A DNA stretch of 64,000 bases from Trichoplax adhaerens (taxonomy: Eukaryota > Animalia > Placozoa): NCBI RefSeq assembly GCF_000150275.1, contig NW_002060945.1:9597128-9661127 (forward strand), written 5' to 3'. Each line of letters starts with the position of its first letter. Position 1 is the first letter of the stretch. Shown here in pieces: positions 40,467 to 55,100 of this stretch. The notes beneath the pieces are model-generated. The model was not told the DNA's origin. It made no database searches and was given only the letters and a program-made list of their open reading frames with translations. The translations under genes were made by a program, and so were the position numbers.

Positions 40467-43400
40467 ATGGATGATTCTGATATCGAAGTGGAAGACTTTG
40501 CTATAACCGATCATGATCTAGAGGAATTAAATCCAGATAGGAAACGATATCGATTTACTAAGGAAGATGCTATCTATGGCGTCTTTGCACCTGATCGCAG
40601 TTACGACGATAGGAAGAAAGGGAAAGATTATAGCAAACCGGTCAATTTTATTAGTGGAGGTGTCAAAGGTGAAAGCAGTCAAGAATCCAAATCGGAGCAA
40701 GATGTTGATATTTCTAGTAATGAGGATAGCGACAACGATAGAAACGCCGATGAAGTAATATTACAGTCATTATTAGAAGCAGGGAATGATAGCAAGCAAG
40801 TACCAAAGGACTTTGGTAGTAAGAAATCCACTCAAAGTACGACCAAGGCCAAGAATAGTAAGTCAGCAGCATTCGTGTATTCTCAAAGACTTGATCAAGC
40901 AATGTTCAATGAATTGAATTATCCATGAGCTCTATGTACTTATTGGGTTGTATTTCTGCAATAGATGCCACTGTAAGCGCCAAGAATAAAAACTTAAAGA
41001 GGCCTGATAAGTAAGAGAAATTTGATCATGATCTTTTTTCGATAAGGATAGAATGATATATTGTATGTGTACAAGAGAATCGATTATATTGTCTGATTCA
41101 TATGCAATATTGGATACCCTGACGTAGGGATTTTGGTAAATGGCAAGCGCATACTAAAGGTTTCGGCCAAAAGTATCTGGAGAAGGTTCGTAACTTTGAA
41201 CATGAAACCTGATATTATTGGGCGCGCAGGATCTGTCTTAATTGAAATTTACACTTAGCTTATTTACTACAGAATTGATTCGGGATCGCGTCAGTCAACT
41301 TTACTACTGTATACAGTACAGCAAAGTTATATGTATCATATATATATACATTGATGATATAGTTATCGCGTATCGTTAGCTAGATATTATGATAGGCGAT
41401 GAAATAGTGATCGCCGGAACTACTATAATGACATTTTTATTAGTTACTTATTACTGTAAGGAAACCTTAGAACTATTTACAAGGTTTTGTTGCAAGTATG
41501 AGCTACCCTGCCATTTTTATTAGACATTTTTATTAGTTACTTATTATTGTAAGGAAAACTTTGAACTATTTACAAGGTTTTGTTGCAGGTATGAGCTACC
41601 CTACCATTTTTATTAGACATTTTTATTAGTTACTTATTATTGTAAGGAAAACTTTGAACCATTTACAAGGTTTTGTTGCAGGTATGAGCTACCCTACCGT
41701 AAATAGACTGACATGGGTATTCATCATGTGCCAACGAATAGTTGATCTCAAACTAGATAAACGTATCACCTATTAATAGCATGATCCCGTTATATCATAT
41801 TCTACTGTTGTGCATTACAATGCTAAGCAATCTTGCATTGATGGAAAAACATTGGCTAACTGTTTACCTGGCATTACAAAACTATCACTTAGAATCGTAT
41901 ACCCGTAAATCACAATCTTTTGCTTGTATTTTTCAGTTTGGCTTCAAGTCTGGTCAAGGCCTTGGAAAGGCTAATGAGGTAGGATATACTGCTAACATAC
42001 ATTGTACAAGTGTATGATACTTTATTCAATGACGCTGACTATGTGATTATTTTGGTACAAATGAGCAACGTAGTACTAATGATATATGATGTTAAATAGG
42101 GTATTGCTAAGCCAGTAGAGGTCACAAAGAGAAAGGGCCCTGGCGGCCTTGCCTACTACGGATCAGAAAGGGTAAAAGGTTCAGAGGAGGTATGAAACTC
42201 AAAGCTGGAGATTGATTCATATTAATTCCATCAATACACTGTAAAAGGTTTCTATATTAAATCGATATGCGATAGGCTTTTTTATTGTTCTCATACGCTT
42301 ACATAAAAAACAATTTTTGATTCTTTATTTACTGTTAAATTAATCTCTAAGTTGTAATCATGTTATAAAAAAATAGTATTGATTATTTTAGAAGTATGCA
42401 GCTCACGATATAGAGGAAGATGAACAACAACAATTTGTAGAAGAGCTTCAAAAGTGGAAAAAAACTGGCAAGGTAAATAAAACATAGTCTTCGATACTCC
42501 GCATGTGCCTATTACAGTATGTTCATATAATCGACCAAGGTTTGTTAGGTAGATTCAAATTGATTTTTATACCCTTACTCTAGACTGCAAAAGTTCGTAA
42601 GAAATACGTCTACAAGACTATCGATGAAGTAAAGGTATCGATCTTATCTCAATTCTTTGTTGATTAACGAATTATTCTTGGCGTACAATTGCTCCCTTGA
42701 TGATTCCATAATTCTTTCTAATATCTACTTTCATGAATGATAAACGTATAGTCTGGAGCTTCGAATAAACTTAACGCTGATACTTTTAGTGGCAGCAAAG
42801 ACAAGGTGAGTGCATACATGAAATAGCTCTTGCGCTATAAAATCTTATTTATAACTTTATACTGACATTTAATGTTACTTTATAGGTAATAGATATGACT
42901 GGACCGCAAAGTAGAGTCTTATCAGGGTATTCAGCAATAGGAGGGAGACCTACAAAACCTACGGAGTCGATTCCCTCTTTAGCAGGTTCGCAAATCAGCA
43001 AAAGAATATACCGTCTTAGATGTAACACTATCAACCAACAACGGTACATAATCTTTTACAGGAACTCAAGAAGCTAATTTTTCAATGGTGGAACTGCAAT
43101 CCAATATTTCCCTCTTGGTTGATTTAGCAGAATCCGATATTATACAGACAGACATTCAGTGAGTCCTGACATATTACTCATTAAACTCTAGCTACGGAAT
43201 AGCGAGATTTTAATATTATCTCTTTAAATTCGTGCTTATGAAGATTAAAAAGTGAACGTAATACAATTGAAAATATGAGACATGAGCAAGAACGTTTAAG
43301 TAAGATTTTATTTGCTGAGCAAAGGGACGTTGAAAGAGTAGAAGAGCTGGATAGAATTATTAGCGAGTAAGGCTAGCTACCTCTATTTTCCATTCGTTAC

Positions 43401-45782
43401 TGAATATGTATCATACATAATTTTGTAAAGTTATTATACAACTGACATTCGCACACTCTACCTAGATGCTCTGAAAGAATGTCAAATGAAAGCACTCATC
43501 CTTTAACCCTAGATGATTGTAGTAGTACCTTTCAAAAGTTACAACAGAACTTTCCTGATGAGTATAAAGTACGTAACTATCAGAGGTAGTATAATACGTT
43601 AATAGCAAAGAAACTTTGGGCTTTAAATGTCTTGTATTGATTCTCTGTAATGTTCGTCTGATAGATGTATGGTTTAGCTGACTTGGCTGTTGCCATTGTT
43701 TATCCTCTAGTAAGAATTTTCTTCAAGCGTTATATGTATTGCTTTATTTTTTTATTTAAAGATTTCTCTAATTGTACATCTAAACATGCCTTTAATTTAG
43801 ATTAAACAATATTTACGAGGATGGATGCCGTTACAAGATCCAACATTTTCTTTGAAAACTTTCATCGAATGGAATGCTTTGTTAACTGATAGCAGTCCTA
43901 TTAGCTTTGATAATACCGGTTCAACAATGAATTTATTCGATAGAATGATATGGGAGATATGGTTACCGGTTGTAAGAGATACCATTATTAGGTAAGCCAA
44001 ACAGATAGAATGGTTACCAAAATCTCTTCAAATTTTTGGCAGAAATCCACTATACTCATAGAACATCTATTAAATATATATATATATTCTAATATATTTG
44101 TCAGGACAAGGTCTATTCGAAACCCGAAGCCATTGATTGATCTTATCAATTTATGGCAAGACCTACTACCTACTTGGATTAAGAACAATATATTAGAGCA
44201 ACTAATTTTTACACAGTTGCAGGTATATTTCTTTTATATGAATTTAGATATTTCCATATTAACTACGACAAATCTAAAACAGAATTGATTTATGCTTGCA
44301 ATTGGAATGTCTTCTTAGCATGAAATAGAGATGTGGAATCCGGTGGCTGATAGAGTACCGATTCATGTCTGGGTGCATCCATGGTTGCCATTGTTAGGTT
44401 TGTAAACTATTTAAAATGATATTAAATATTTTAGGATTTTAAAAAAATTTATCATTAACAGGTGATAAGCTGGGACCGCTATTAGCGCCTATTCGTCATA
44501 AGCTTACTTTAGCTCTAACTAATTGGCACCCCTCCGATCAGTCGGCACGCTTAATAATTCAACCATGGAAAGGAGTAATCTACCTTTTTATTCATATTTA
44601 AATTACCTTGTTAAAAATGTAGCATTAATTTCGATAAAAGATAAACATTCATTCATTCATTTATTTTACTAGGTTTTTAAAGACAATGCGTTTGATGCAT
44701 TTTTACGTAATTCCATTTTACCCAAGTTAGCTGCATGTTTAGCTGAATTCGTAATTAATCCTCATCAACAGCATCTTGAACCATTCTTATGGGTCATAGA
44801 TTGGAAAGATGTTGTCTCCAAACAACATATGGTGACTCTTATGGAAAGACATTTTTTCCCTAAATGGTTGCAAGTAAGTGGTGTACATTGCTCTGAAATC
44901 TAAATTATTTTTATTTCGTATTAGAAATCTCTCGTAAGAATCTATTTACGGCTCATTTTTTCGTTCTTACGATTACACAATACTCGTAGGCTTTAACGGT
45001 ATGGTTAAACAATAAACCAAATTATAAAGAAGTAACGAAATGGTTTGTTACTATATTAGTTTACAAGTCTTTAATTATTACTTATCATCAAAATTACCGC
45101 CAGTTATAGTATATCCTTAAACATAACTTTATCACAAATCCTTTGCTTTACTTTAGGTATGAGGGCTGGAAAGAAATGTTTGGAAGTGATTTAGTGAGTC
45201 TACCAGCGATTAAGGCTCAATTTAACAGAGGGTTAGATGTAATGAATCAATCGATATCTATGGATGATGGTCAGGGGCGTTCACATGATAGAGAGAATTT
45301 AGCACACTTCACTTCAATTGAGCGCAGGTAAGGTTTAATAATTTTTAAAGCAATATCCGTTTATTCGTGCTACGTTGTAAGTGTTAAAAATTAACAACGT
45401 TTATAATTATATTTTATAGGAAAACTGCCGAAATAGCGGCCAAGGAAAGAGCTGCAGCGGTAGCTAGGGCCAAAACAGAAAAAATGACATTCAAAGACAT
45501 GGTTCAGAAATTGGTAGGAAAAATATAGCTTGATATGCAAGATATTACAAACTTTAGTATAAAATTGTTTTTAAGATAATCGCTACAATTATGATATATT
45601 TCTAGGCCGAGGATCATGGACTCATATTTATGCCGACACGGAATACTCGTCAAGATGGAAAATTACTGTATAATTTCGGTAGTTTAGTAATTAACATTGA
45701 TCGAGGAGTTGTATATGTACAAAAAGCTGGAATGAAGTATGAAGCGGTCACTCTTTCTGATTTAGTAACATTAGCCAGTTAA
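40467..45782 (+). CDS. TFIP11: Tuftelin-interacting protein 11 (G-patch spliceosome disassembly factor), multi-exon
   Basis: N-terminus [45 protein letters not shown]-patch [44 protein letters not shown] region [40 protein letters not shown] and FFPKWLQ. Stop TAA at 45780-45782. Confidence 0.94.
41430..41698. repeat. Three ~93-bp tandem copies in a TFIP11 intron
   Basis: GACATTTTTATTAGTTAC..GTAAGGAAA..TTTACAAGGTTTTGTTGCA.GTATGAGCTACCCT at ~41430, 41523 and 41616. Confidence 0.9.
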
Positions 45783-48700
45783 TCGTAACGTGACGGTAGT
45801 CATAAGAATTTGGCTATTGACATTACAAATTATAAATATATTCGAATATTAACTTAGAAATATCTTTTCGATTTTTATGTATATGATGTATTTACTCCTC
45901 ATTATAAAATCAACAACATTACTTCTTACAATGAGGGATTTAAGTTATATTGTATTTAGGAATTCATGTCATGCCCATGATTTTATAATATTGTAGTTAA
46001 AAGCTTGCTCTTGTTAATTGATCCTTCACTATTTTTTGTTTCGGTATGGAAACGGTCTTTTATAGAAACCCACTGTGTACAACTATGCATTATTGCCTTG
46101 TATTACAATCCAAAAGAAAAACTACTATTATACTATAACCCTAAATTTAGCATTTTATAGATTAAGAATTCGAAAAGCGTAGTCAAAAGGCAACAAGTTT
46201 ATAACAAGATGAAAAAAACGATACTATTGGTTGCATTTTAATATGAACTGGACAAAAAATTAAAAGTTTCAGATTTTAGCAACTTCTAGTGCTTACTTTT
46301 ATAGTACAAACAAAGAAATCTTGCTAGATAACGCTATAGACCACTTAATACTTTTAGTGGATTATTACATCAGTAGATTACATTTTATTAATAGTCTATG
46401 ATAATGCTTGCAATTGCATGTACGTGTATAGGAATGAATGCGGGTATATCCCGACATTTTCTCTTCATTGTAATAAAGATTACTTATGCATGTATTACTA
46501 CTTTAATTTATTAAATACGAAATAATATGAGAGTTTACCTCATTTCAAGACAATGACGGATGATAGAGGCATAGGTTTATATACTGTAATATTTCAAAGG
46601 TGGTAAACCGATAAATATGCCAACTATTCTCTAAGCTAAAGAGAACAAATAAAACTTAATTAATGTAATTAAAAATATTTTTAAGACACATTAATCCATT
46701 GTTTTTAGTAAAAATATAATAATGTGTTGGTGACAGATTTTCTGAAGTATTTTGACTTTATAATTCATTTATAATACTCAAGTTATTCTTCAAAACCGAG
46801 TAAAGTATTGTTCAATACTTATGAATAATATATAATTAGAACAGATAATATGATTGCGTTGTTTATGCAGTCCTTTGTTAAATCATGAACGCATACATGC
46901 CGGTACAAAGTTATTTTATTTTTATTATATGCTTTCGTGATAGCTGAGTCATTCATTAAACGACTGAAACTTTGTATGAAGACTACGCATTGTAATATAA
47001 ATTGATTTGTCCTCTTAATTGTTAATTATGATATTTCGATACTATAATAGTGTAAAGTAGAAAGAAGTCACATTGATCGCCTTTTTAATGCGAATATTTG
47101 ATTTAGGGGTAACCATCAAGGAATATTCTAATACCATCACTATCAATAGCTATCATCTAGGCTAAAGTGATTTTTTAAATTTTAATTATGAGAATAAAAA
47201 TTCATTCACAAATAAATCAGTTAAAGATAAAATTAATAGTTAATTAGTAGAATTAAATAAGGGATAAACGAGGTTTCTGGATTTCTTATCATAATAAAGG
47301 ATATAGAAGTATCCAGTTCTTTTTTATTTATGCGATTATTTTATCATTTAAGACTGTTTTCTTCACCTACTAATTCGCACATTGCTGACGTCTTTAGTTA
47401 TACCGCATACTGGAGATTTGATTTGGCAGTCAATTACTGTACTATACAAAAAATTTTTCACTGTAATTCCTGCTACGGCCTAGTTATTCTGTATGTACAA
47501 CAAATAAAGAATAATCTGTAAATCATACACATAGACTGTAAAGTAGCTAGAGAGATTTAAGTAAAGAGACTTATAGGAATTATTTAAAGTCAATCACTCG
47601 CATTCTATACTATATCGATCCAGGCATTAGTAATGCGTTGTTAGACATGTTTATAACTAAAGTCTTGTTATGCTACTGTCATTTATAGAATCGTTATTAG
47701 CCTTCTAAAATAAGCAATTATTGCAATAGTGCTACTTAAGTCATTTGTATTAATATTACATAGTAAATTATATAGATGTTCCTAACTGAATAAGAACTTT
47801 GTATTGTTAAACATAGCTTATTTCTTCGTTGCTACGTTCTTTAAATAAATAATATGCAGCATGAAATAGTTATAAATGAGGAATTGTTCTCATGGAAAGA
47901 ATAAATCTCTTTCCTTAGTACGGTTACTTTACTTCTTTATCATGCTGAATGACAGGATTAAAAAATTGGCTGAAATGATTCTTTTTCACTTGACCTGGGT
48001 TCAATTATAGCTGAAAGTTACATTTTAGTTTGAGCGTAATTAAAGTACTAAAATTAATGATAAAAATAGCTACGCGAGGGTTATTTGCTGTTTACTTCCT
48101 GTCTTCTACAATTTTTCGACATGAATATGTAGCCGTAACTATTGGTTATATAGAATACATGTTAGCAACTGTATGAAAAGTTTTTATTTATTATTTTTAG
48201 AATAAAATAGTAATACCGTCGCAATTTTTAAAGCAGACATATTATCAGATATTATTCATAATCAATTCGCAATTTCATCTTAATTGAAATAAACTTGTGC
48301 ACGTGCATTTATTCGTTGTCAATAACAAGGTATAGTATTGATGCTGAACATTGCTAACGTAGCAGCAGCTGTTTTTCACACCCCTATTTGCATCTCTAGG
48401 CCCTATTAAGGCTTTTAATTTTTAAGCATATCATGCCCAATTATCCATAATAATTTATTATGTCTACTTATTCAAAAGTGTACATTGATAATGCATTAAT
48501 AAGACGTAGAGTGGATTAGCGATGAAAGAAATATAAATATCAATGGCTAACCAATCAATTCGACGATTAAATTTAATTGTGACAATACGAGTTGGATAAG
48601 TTATGAATTAAGTCCATATTTTTTACGGTGTTAATAACCTTATTGGTCCGATGAAGTTGTTTTGTTAAATTTTCACGTGTATTTACCAATGCATGCGAGC

Positions 48701-49189
48701 CAATACGGAATGATGCGGCATGATTTCGATACATGATTGGATAAACTATCATTCTATTATGATTGATGCACGTTTGCAGTTGGATAAGAATTCTCGTTTA
48801 CGGTCAAAATAATTAGTCCATCTTGACTGAAGTCAAGTTGAAAGCTCGCTCAAAAGTGCGATTTTTGGATTAGTCATTTCGTTTCTCGCGATCACTTTCC
48901 GTCAAATTTCAAATTCAAAAAAAAGAGTTAGCCGACACATAGTATACATAGATAGTTATTTAGATAGTTATTTAGATAGTTAGATAGATAAATAGATATA
49001 TTATTGTGTAATCTTACTCAAAGAAAGGCTAAATTCCGCTAGGTTGGTAGATAGCATTTTTATATGATGGTGGTATTTGAAAGGTTAAGCTTGAATTAGA
49101 ACCTACGTTTTAAGTTTAATGTTAAGTTCTCTTTTTCTTCTTCATTTACAGTTAATATACTTGGGATTATTAAGTCATCTTAAACAATT

Positions 49190-52100
49190 ATGGTTCAAAC
49201 TTCAAGCATATCACGAATCGGATATGTAATTATCTTGCTTCTGGTTTGTCATTCTGCTAGCAACGTCCAAGGGAAAGAGTGAGTTCATTGATTTTATAGC
49301 TTAAGTATTTCTACATAAAAATTCTCTTTAGAAGTCAGAAATGAATTTATAGAAATGATTTTTATGTAATATTGACGAAAATTGGAGATACGTTTCTGAA
49401 TAGTTGACCGACCAGAATCATAGGCTAATTAACCGTTAACCAATATTCACTGTAGTTGGGGCATTTTCGTTAATGCTCTGAAATTACCAGAATTTAGTTA
49501 ATTTTAGCTGTTGTTATTTTAGCCGTAAAGCTTTTCTTTCGAGATATGATAAAAGAAAGTAGTATTCCCAAAAATTGGATTCTGTTTGCTTTGTAGAGCG
49601 AAATTCTTAAAGATTTGTTCTTAATCTGATTTCGTCTCATTTATTAATTACCATATTTTCGGATACTCTTTCTAGTAGACTTTTAATTTCGTAGCTTAAA
49701 CGTCTTATATATCGCTGTAAAAGTCTTCGCATTATTCATCATACTGGTAATGTTCAGGCAATTATAGAAATAGATATAGCATCCATCATTTCTCAGATCT
49801 TTTGACTGTCTTTTAGATAGTAGAGACAGTAGTCCAACTAACAGAAGCGAATTCATGTAGGCAGAGGGTTCGATTTTCGTATTTAGAAATTATTTCTTAA
49901 TGCTCGATATAGAATGAGTAGCTACAATAGTCCCGTTTAAACTTAAAGAACCGTATACACTGATTAAGAGTATAAATAATGATCACTAGCTTCCGTTAAT
50001 TTTAATTAATACTTGCAGCCTAGACAATCGTGATTGAATTCATTAAATGATTACCGTACATCTTACGGACACAGTATGTGGTTAATTTTTTGGCAAAACA
50101 GTTAGTAAATAACTATGATGATGTATCGTATCAAGTATAACAGATAGTTGATAAGGGCATTTAAAATTAATAGCTAGTATAAAAATATTTCTTATGCCTT
50201 TTAGTTCACTCCTGGAAAAAGTTGCAAATTTTCAGTATTTAGTATTTACTATTAGCCCTGCGCTTGCGATGCGATATAATGCCTGAAATCGTAGCTCTAC
50301 AGAACGAATAGTCAAAAGAACTAACATTATAGATAGTTATCCTTAAGCAAAATGGAATTGCCAGGGGAATAATGTTAAAGTCTATATTATAGCCACGTTA
50401 TTTCTGTCAGTTTATAGATACTAGTACTCATTTTTTGATTCAATTAGAAGTCTATGCATGACAGTCGTGTTTACAATCTTGTCTATATATTTCAATAGCT
50501 TCCAAAAATTAAGTTAGAGCAGTTTACTTTTCTATTTCAGTAGCAACACTGTAGCTAAGTTGAGACAGGGCTAATGACTGAAAAAAATTACTTTTTTAAC
50601 CATTGTACAAATTGTCTAGTGCAACATTTTGCTATCACGTGCAGGTTATATGGCAAATTATTGATAGCGTGCATGGCTATTTAAGACAATACAATCTCGA
50701 CATGATCAATTAAATATTGAAAGTTTTCAGAATATGACAAAAAAAGAAATTACGGCAGCACTTTTAGTAAAAGCAATTCACAAAGCACAAGCTCAGTGGA
50801 ATTTTTTTTAGAAATTCCGGTCAATTAATTAGGAACTGCTGACACAACTTATAGATCGTATTGGTGACTGAAGAAAATCACTGTTGCTAGAGTACCATGC
50901 TCTACGCGTATTGTTAGCTTTATTAACTGTAACAAACGCTAAGTACAGTATACTAACTGGATTTAATTTAGCCATGGGAAACTACATAAGATCGTATGAT
51001 TACTAAAATTGTACCAAATTGTCACGAAGGCTTTCAGCCATTGTCACCGTGTTAAATTGACTAAGATGGACTTTATTTTACTAAAGTTCGAGTAATAATC
51101 CTTATAATTTTATTCTTGATTGCAAAGCCTTGAGTATCATAGTATAAAATTTGTATAAGTATCGTATTCTTTCATTCATGACATGTAGTATGTATAGCTT
51201 AAATTTCGTTTTTGTTTGCCAAAACTACCTGATCTGTGACTAGATGTTATTTTTCATTCAGGAAATAGAATCTTTTGTTTCCAAATGATGCAGCAAATAA
51301 GTTACGGTACTTTATCAAATACAGATAAAATAGAATTGATTCGCTTTGTGATATGCAGTATTTGTCAACTAGAAACGAATCTTGAGGGTCGGAAATGGAA
51401 TAGTTATAATGTGATAGCGTTATGATAAATTCGTATATATTTGAATATTATTAGTCTATGAATTATTCCGTAAAATTAATACTTTAACGTAGCCTTGAAT
51501 AATGAATGAAATGGATGGAAAGTCTAGTGTAGTCGTCATAGTTTATTTGGCTAGTTCTGTAATGAATTTCTATTTTCTTCGAAAAAAACGTGATCGTTAA
51601 CAGTATTATTAGAAATTATTGACGTCATAACTGTAATTTTATTGACGAATATGAAATTCCTTACAGTTTGTTTCATTTGTACGGCGATCTTGTTGTTATT
51701 TAAAGCTAGTGAATGATATTGATTAGAGTAGAGAATATGCGCTTACAATAAGTCGTTAATGAGGCGTTGTAGTTAGCATTTATTGAGTGCATTGTATTAT
51801 CACGCTACGCTAATTTATGTGGGCATAGTTAGACCATCGTCATCTGTACACTTTAACAAAGGTTGTTTAAGCGCTCTTTATTAGGTAGATACGCTTAGAT
51901 TATTATAAATTGTGGACTAGATTTCTAACATGACTAGGGAGGGTACCGAGAGAACGGATAGGATTCGGTAAAAAAATGCAGTCTTATTTGACAGCTACCT
52001 TTGTCCTTTTGGTAAGTGTACTGTATACGATAGATCATTGGAGATCAATTGATATTGATGAACAATTGTAATCGAATAGATAATTCTTATTCCTTTTCCT

Positions 52101-55100
52101 TAGCCAATACCAAGTGTATGGGTAATTTGGAAGATGGAAGTTAATTGGTCCTAATGCTAATGATAATATATAACAGAAACTAGATAGATTAATACGCATA
52201 TCTTCATGATATGCTGACGACTTGGGTTATATTATCGGTCTAAAGGTCAATACTAGTAGAGATGAACATACGTATTGCGATGCCATCACGAGATGGATTA
52301 CTTTAAATAGCTTAACAATCTTAAATCTTGGTTCAGCTCATAATATCTTTATTATTGAATGAATCATCCTGTGCAACTTACGATTCTTACAGTTAGTTAT
52401 GTGAACATCTTGAAACCTGAAAGTTTGAAGCAATGAATTAGATAGATTTTACCGTCACTGTGACAAATTTAAAAATCTCTTGGAAGTACAACAACTGACA
52501 GGCACTGCAGCCATTTAGTAACGTTTTGTCTTGTAAATGATATAGTATGCTGTTCTGTCTGTTCATGAGGCCTTGAATAGGTATAGCGATGCCGTAGATG
52601 TATGGTATACAGTGTATCCATGCTGGTATCGACGTAAAATATAATCATTTATAACCCTATTATTATCTGGCTTTCAATAATTTGATATTACGTCGATAGC
52701 ATACGTGTAATGTTGGAAAAGAATAGCTCATTTCTTTAACAAGCCTATAATGTACTAAGTATTGGATTTAATCGATGCGATTCTATCGTCTGGACTACGT
52801 GTATCGGTGTTTTATTGAATTTGCAATCGATGATCGTGTTTGCTGCCGTTTTTTATATTTATATTCTAATTAAAATGATTTATCGGTAGGACCAGATCTG
52901 AAGATGAAGATAAACAATCGATTATGATACTATCCCGCCAGAAATGGTGTAATGAGACGAAATACGTTAAAGAAAAGTATAATACCTCCATTACAGTTAA
53001 ACATTATGCCGTGAAAACCATCTTTCGCCAGCATTATAATAGCAAAACCGATTATATTCTCAAAGATAATGGAATCCACCTGATTGTTAACAGGTATTTC
53101 TCGACATGTTTTAGCTTTTTAATTTTCTTGAATTTTTAGGGATATGGTGGTCTTTCTGATGTTCAAGCGTAATTAATCGTTGCAACCGTTGATCGAGCCA
53201 TGCTATCCATAAGACAAATTATTTTCTTTCTATCAGGACTGAGTATAAATCGGAAAATATTACCGTTTTTGGATTATTAAAGAAAACTATCCATAAATGT
53301 TGCCCAGGATGGCAAGGACCAAAATGTTTGCAATGTAAGTAGTCGGTCAAGCTGACAATGATATGACCGCGTATGCAGTGTAATAGGGCTGGAGATTTTT
53401 TTATAAGTGGACAAGTACTATTGGCTTCATTTAAAAAAATGGATCCATAGCAGTACTAATGTACCAGTATTGAACCTTTATAATACTGTCAGTTAATCGT
53501 AATTTCATCGAGAAATTGAGATACGATTTCTAAATTTTTGTTTATCGGAATTAATGCATCATTGCATTAAAGATTGACTTACTGTCCATAAGGTACCTCT
53601 ACACCGTTGCTACTGAATTATACTACAGTATATAATACATCTAAATTGTTCTCTTTTGAATGTTAATTGCTACACTTACACATCTAGTAAACGATTACGA
53701 TTTGGACTATTTACTGCAGACATTGCCGACTATACTTAAATATAGCAGCGTATTCCGCTAATGGAAAACCTCTGTGAACCAGTGTTATGTGCATCTTGTT
53801 TTTGCCTACTGAATAAGTTTATACAATATTTTTTTGCATTCATTTTGCAGCCGAATGTCAACCGGCGTGTGTCCATGGCGCCTGCGTTGGCCCTAATAAT
53901 TGCACTTGTCTAAAAGGCTATACTGGCAAGACTTGTGAAACACGTAAGAGCAGTAGCGATTAAGCTGTCTACATTCAGTCGATTGCAGACATAGAATTAA
54001 TTAAACATCGATTAATATAAATGGACTATTTTAAAAGCAAGAAGTCATGGCGACCGGATTCGCGTAGGAGTGATAGTGCTGTTACCATAATGCCATTGCA
54101 GTAGTAAATGTATTCGAGACTTTCAGTTGATTGATTTTGATTCATTGATTAAAGCAGGGAGATCGCTTTTAGCTCCCTGGCTGAAAGCCACGTGCTGCTG
54201 CAACACGTGTTAGCGGCACGTGCTTACAGTAATACAGTACTGTACAGTTGATACTTTCAACGCTACATTGTACTGTACGGTACGGTACAGTACAATGACC
54301 GTCAGGAGCTGGGAGGAGTGCCATCGGTCCGTCGGTATAGTACGGTATCGCACTTTGCTGTATCGCTATCATGATACCCATATTATACCTAAGTTACGAT
54401 ACTGTAGTCTATAGTAGTCTATGTCTATACTGTACAGTATGGCTTAGGTATCCATGACCGTTCGTTACCGTCAAGAAAAAAATTGACGTCACAAGCGAAA
54501 GCCAGCAATCTCAGCTCTCGTTTTTTATTGGCTATAGTATAGCGTACTGTGGTACGTTCTGTAGACTATAGTCTTACTGTAGGCAGCATTTTGACCGGCC
54601 TTAGAAAAGGTTTAAAAAAGATATTCACTATACCTGTGTAAAGCCAATCAATTTCAGCGAGTATTTCTAAACGCGGGCTGCCATTTTGTCCGTTTTTTTC
54701 TTAGCTGTATGCAACTCTGGCTGCTTAAACGGAGGTACTTGCATTGGGCCAAACAAGTGTAAATGTCCAACTGAATTTACTGGCGAGATCTGTGCCATAC
54801 GTAAGTCATGAGTGTCTTTTTGCCAATTGCTGTAATGTTGACTTTGCAATGGAAAGTATTGGACAGGATAGATGCCATCTTTTCCACTGCGATTAGCAAG
54901 CATACCTTAGTGTTACTTTATAGCAGCTTGGTGAAGTACGAAACATATACTATGTAGTAGTTGCAGTGGAATATCAAAAATACAATGTAAAGCAGCAATC
55001 TTCTCATCTTTTTTCAAGTCGTACTATATACATCCATGATTATTACAGTACAGTACACTACACTTGAGGCAATCTTTTCAAGGTGACAGTCAGTGCAGTT

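Noticed and set aside
48940-49000. (TAGA/TAGTTATT)n run and similar (CTAT)n microsatellites at ~12330 and ~56400
   Set aside because: Ordinary short simple repeats.
51937-52012. Possible extra small exon in intron 1 of the mucin-like gene
   Set aside because: Splice boundaries are ambiguous and exon 1 already joins 52890 in frame; needs RNA data.
54152-54225. tRNA, U1/U11 snRNA or hammerhead assignment for the cloverleaf-like element
   Set aside because: No D/T-loop or A/B-box consensus, no Sm site or 5' splice-site-complementary end, and no CUGANGA core. Kept only as an unassigned structure.
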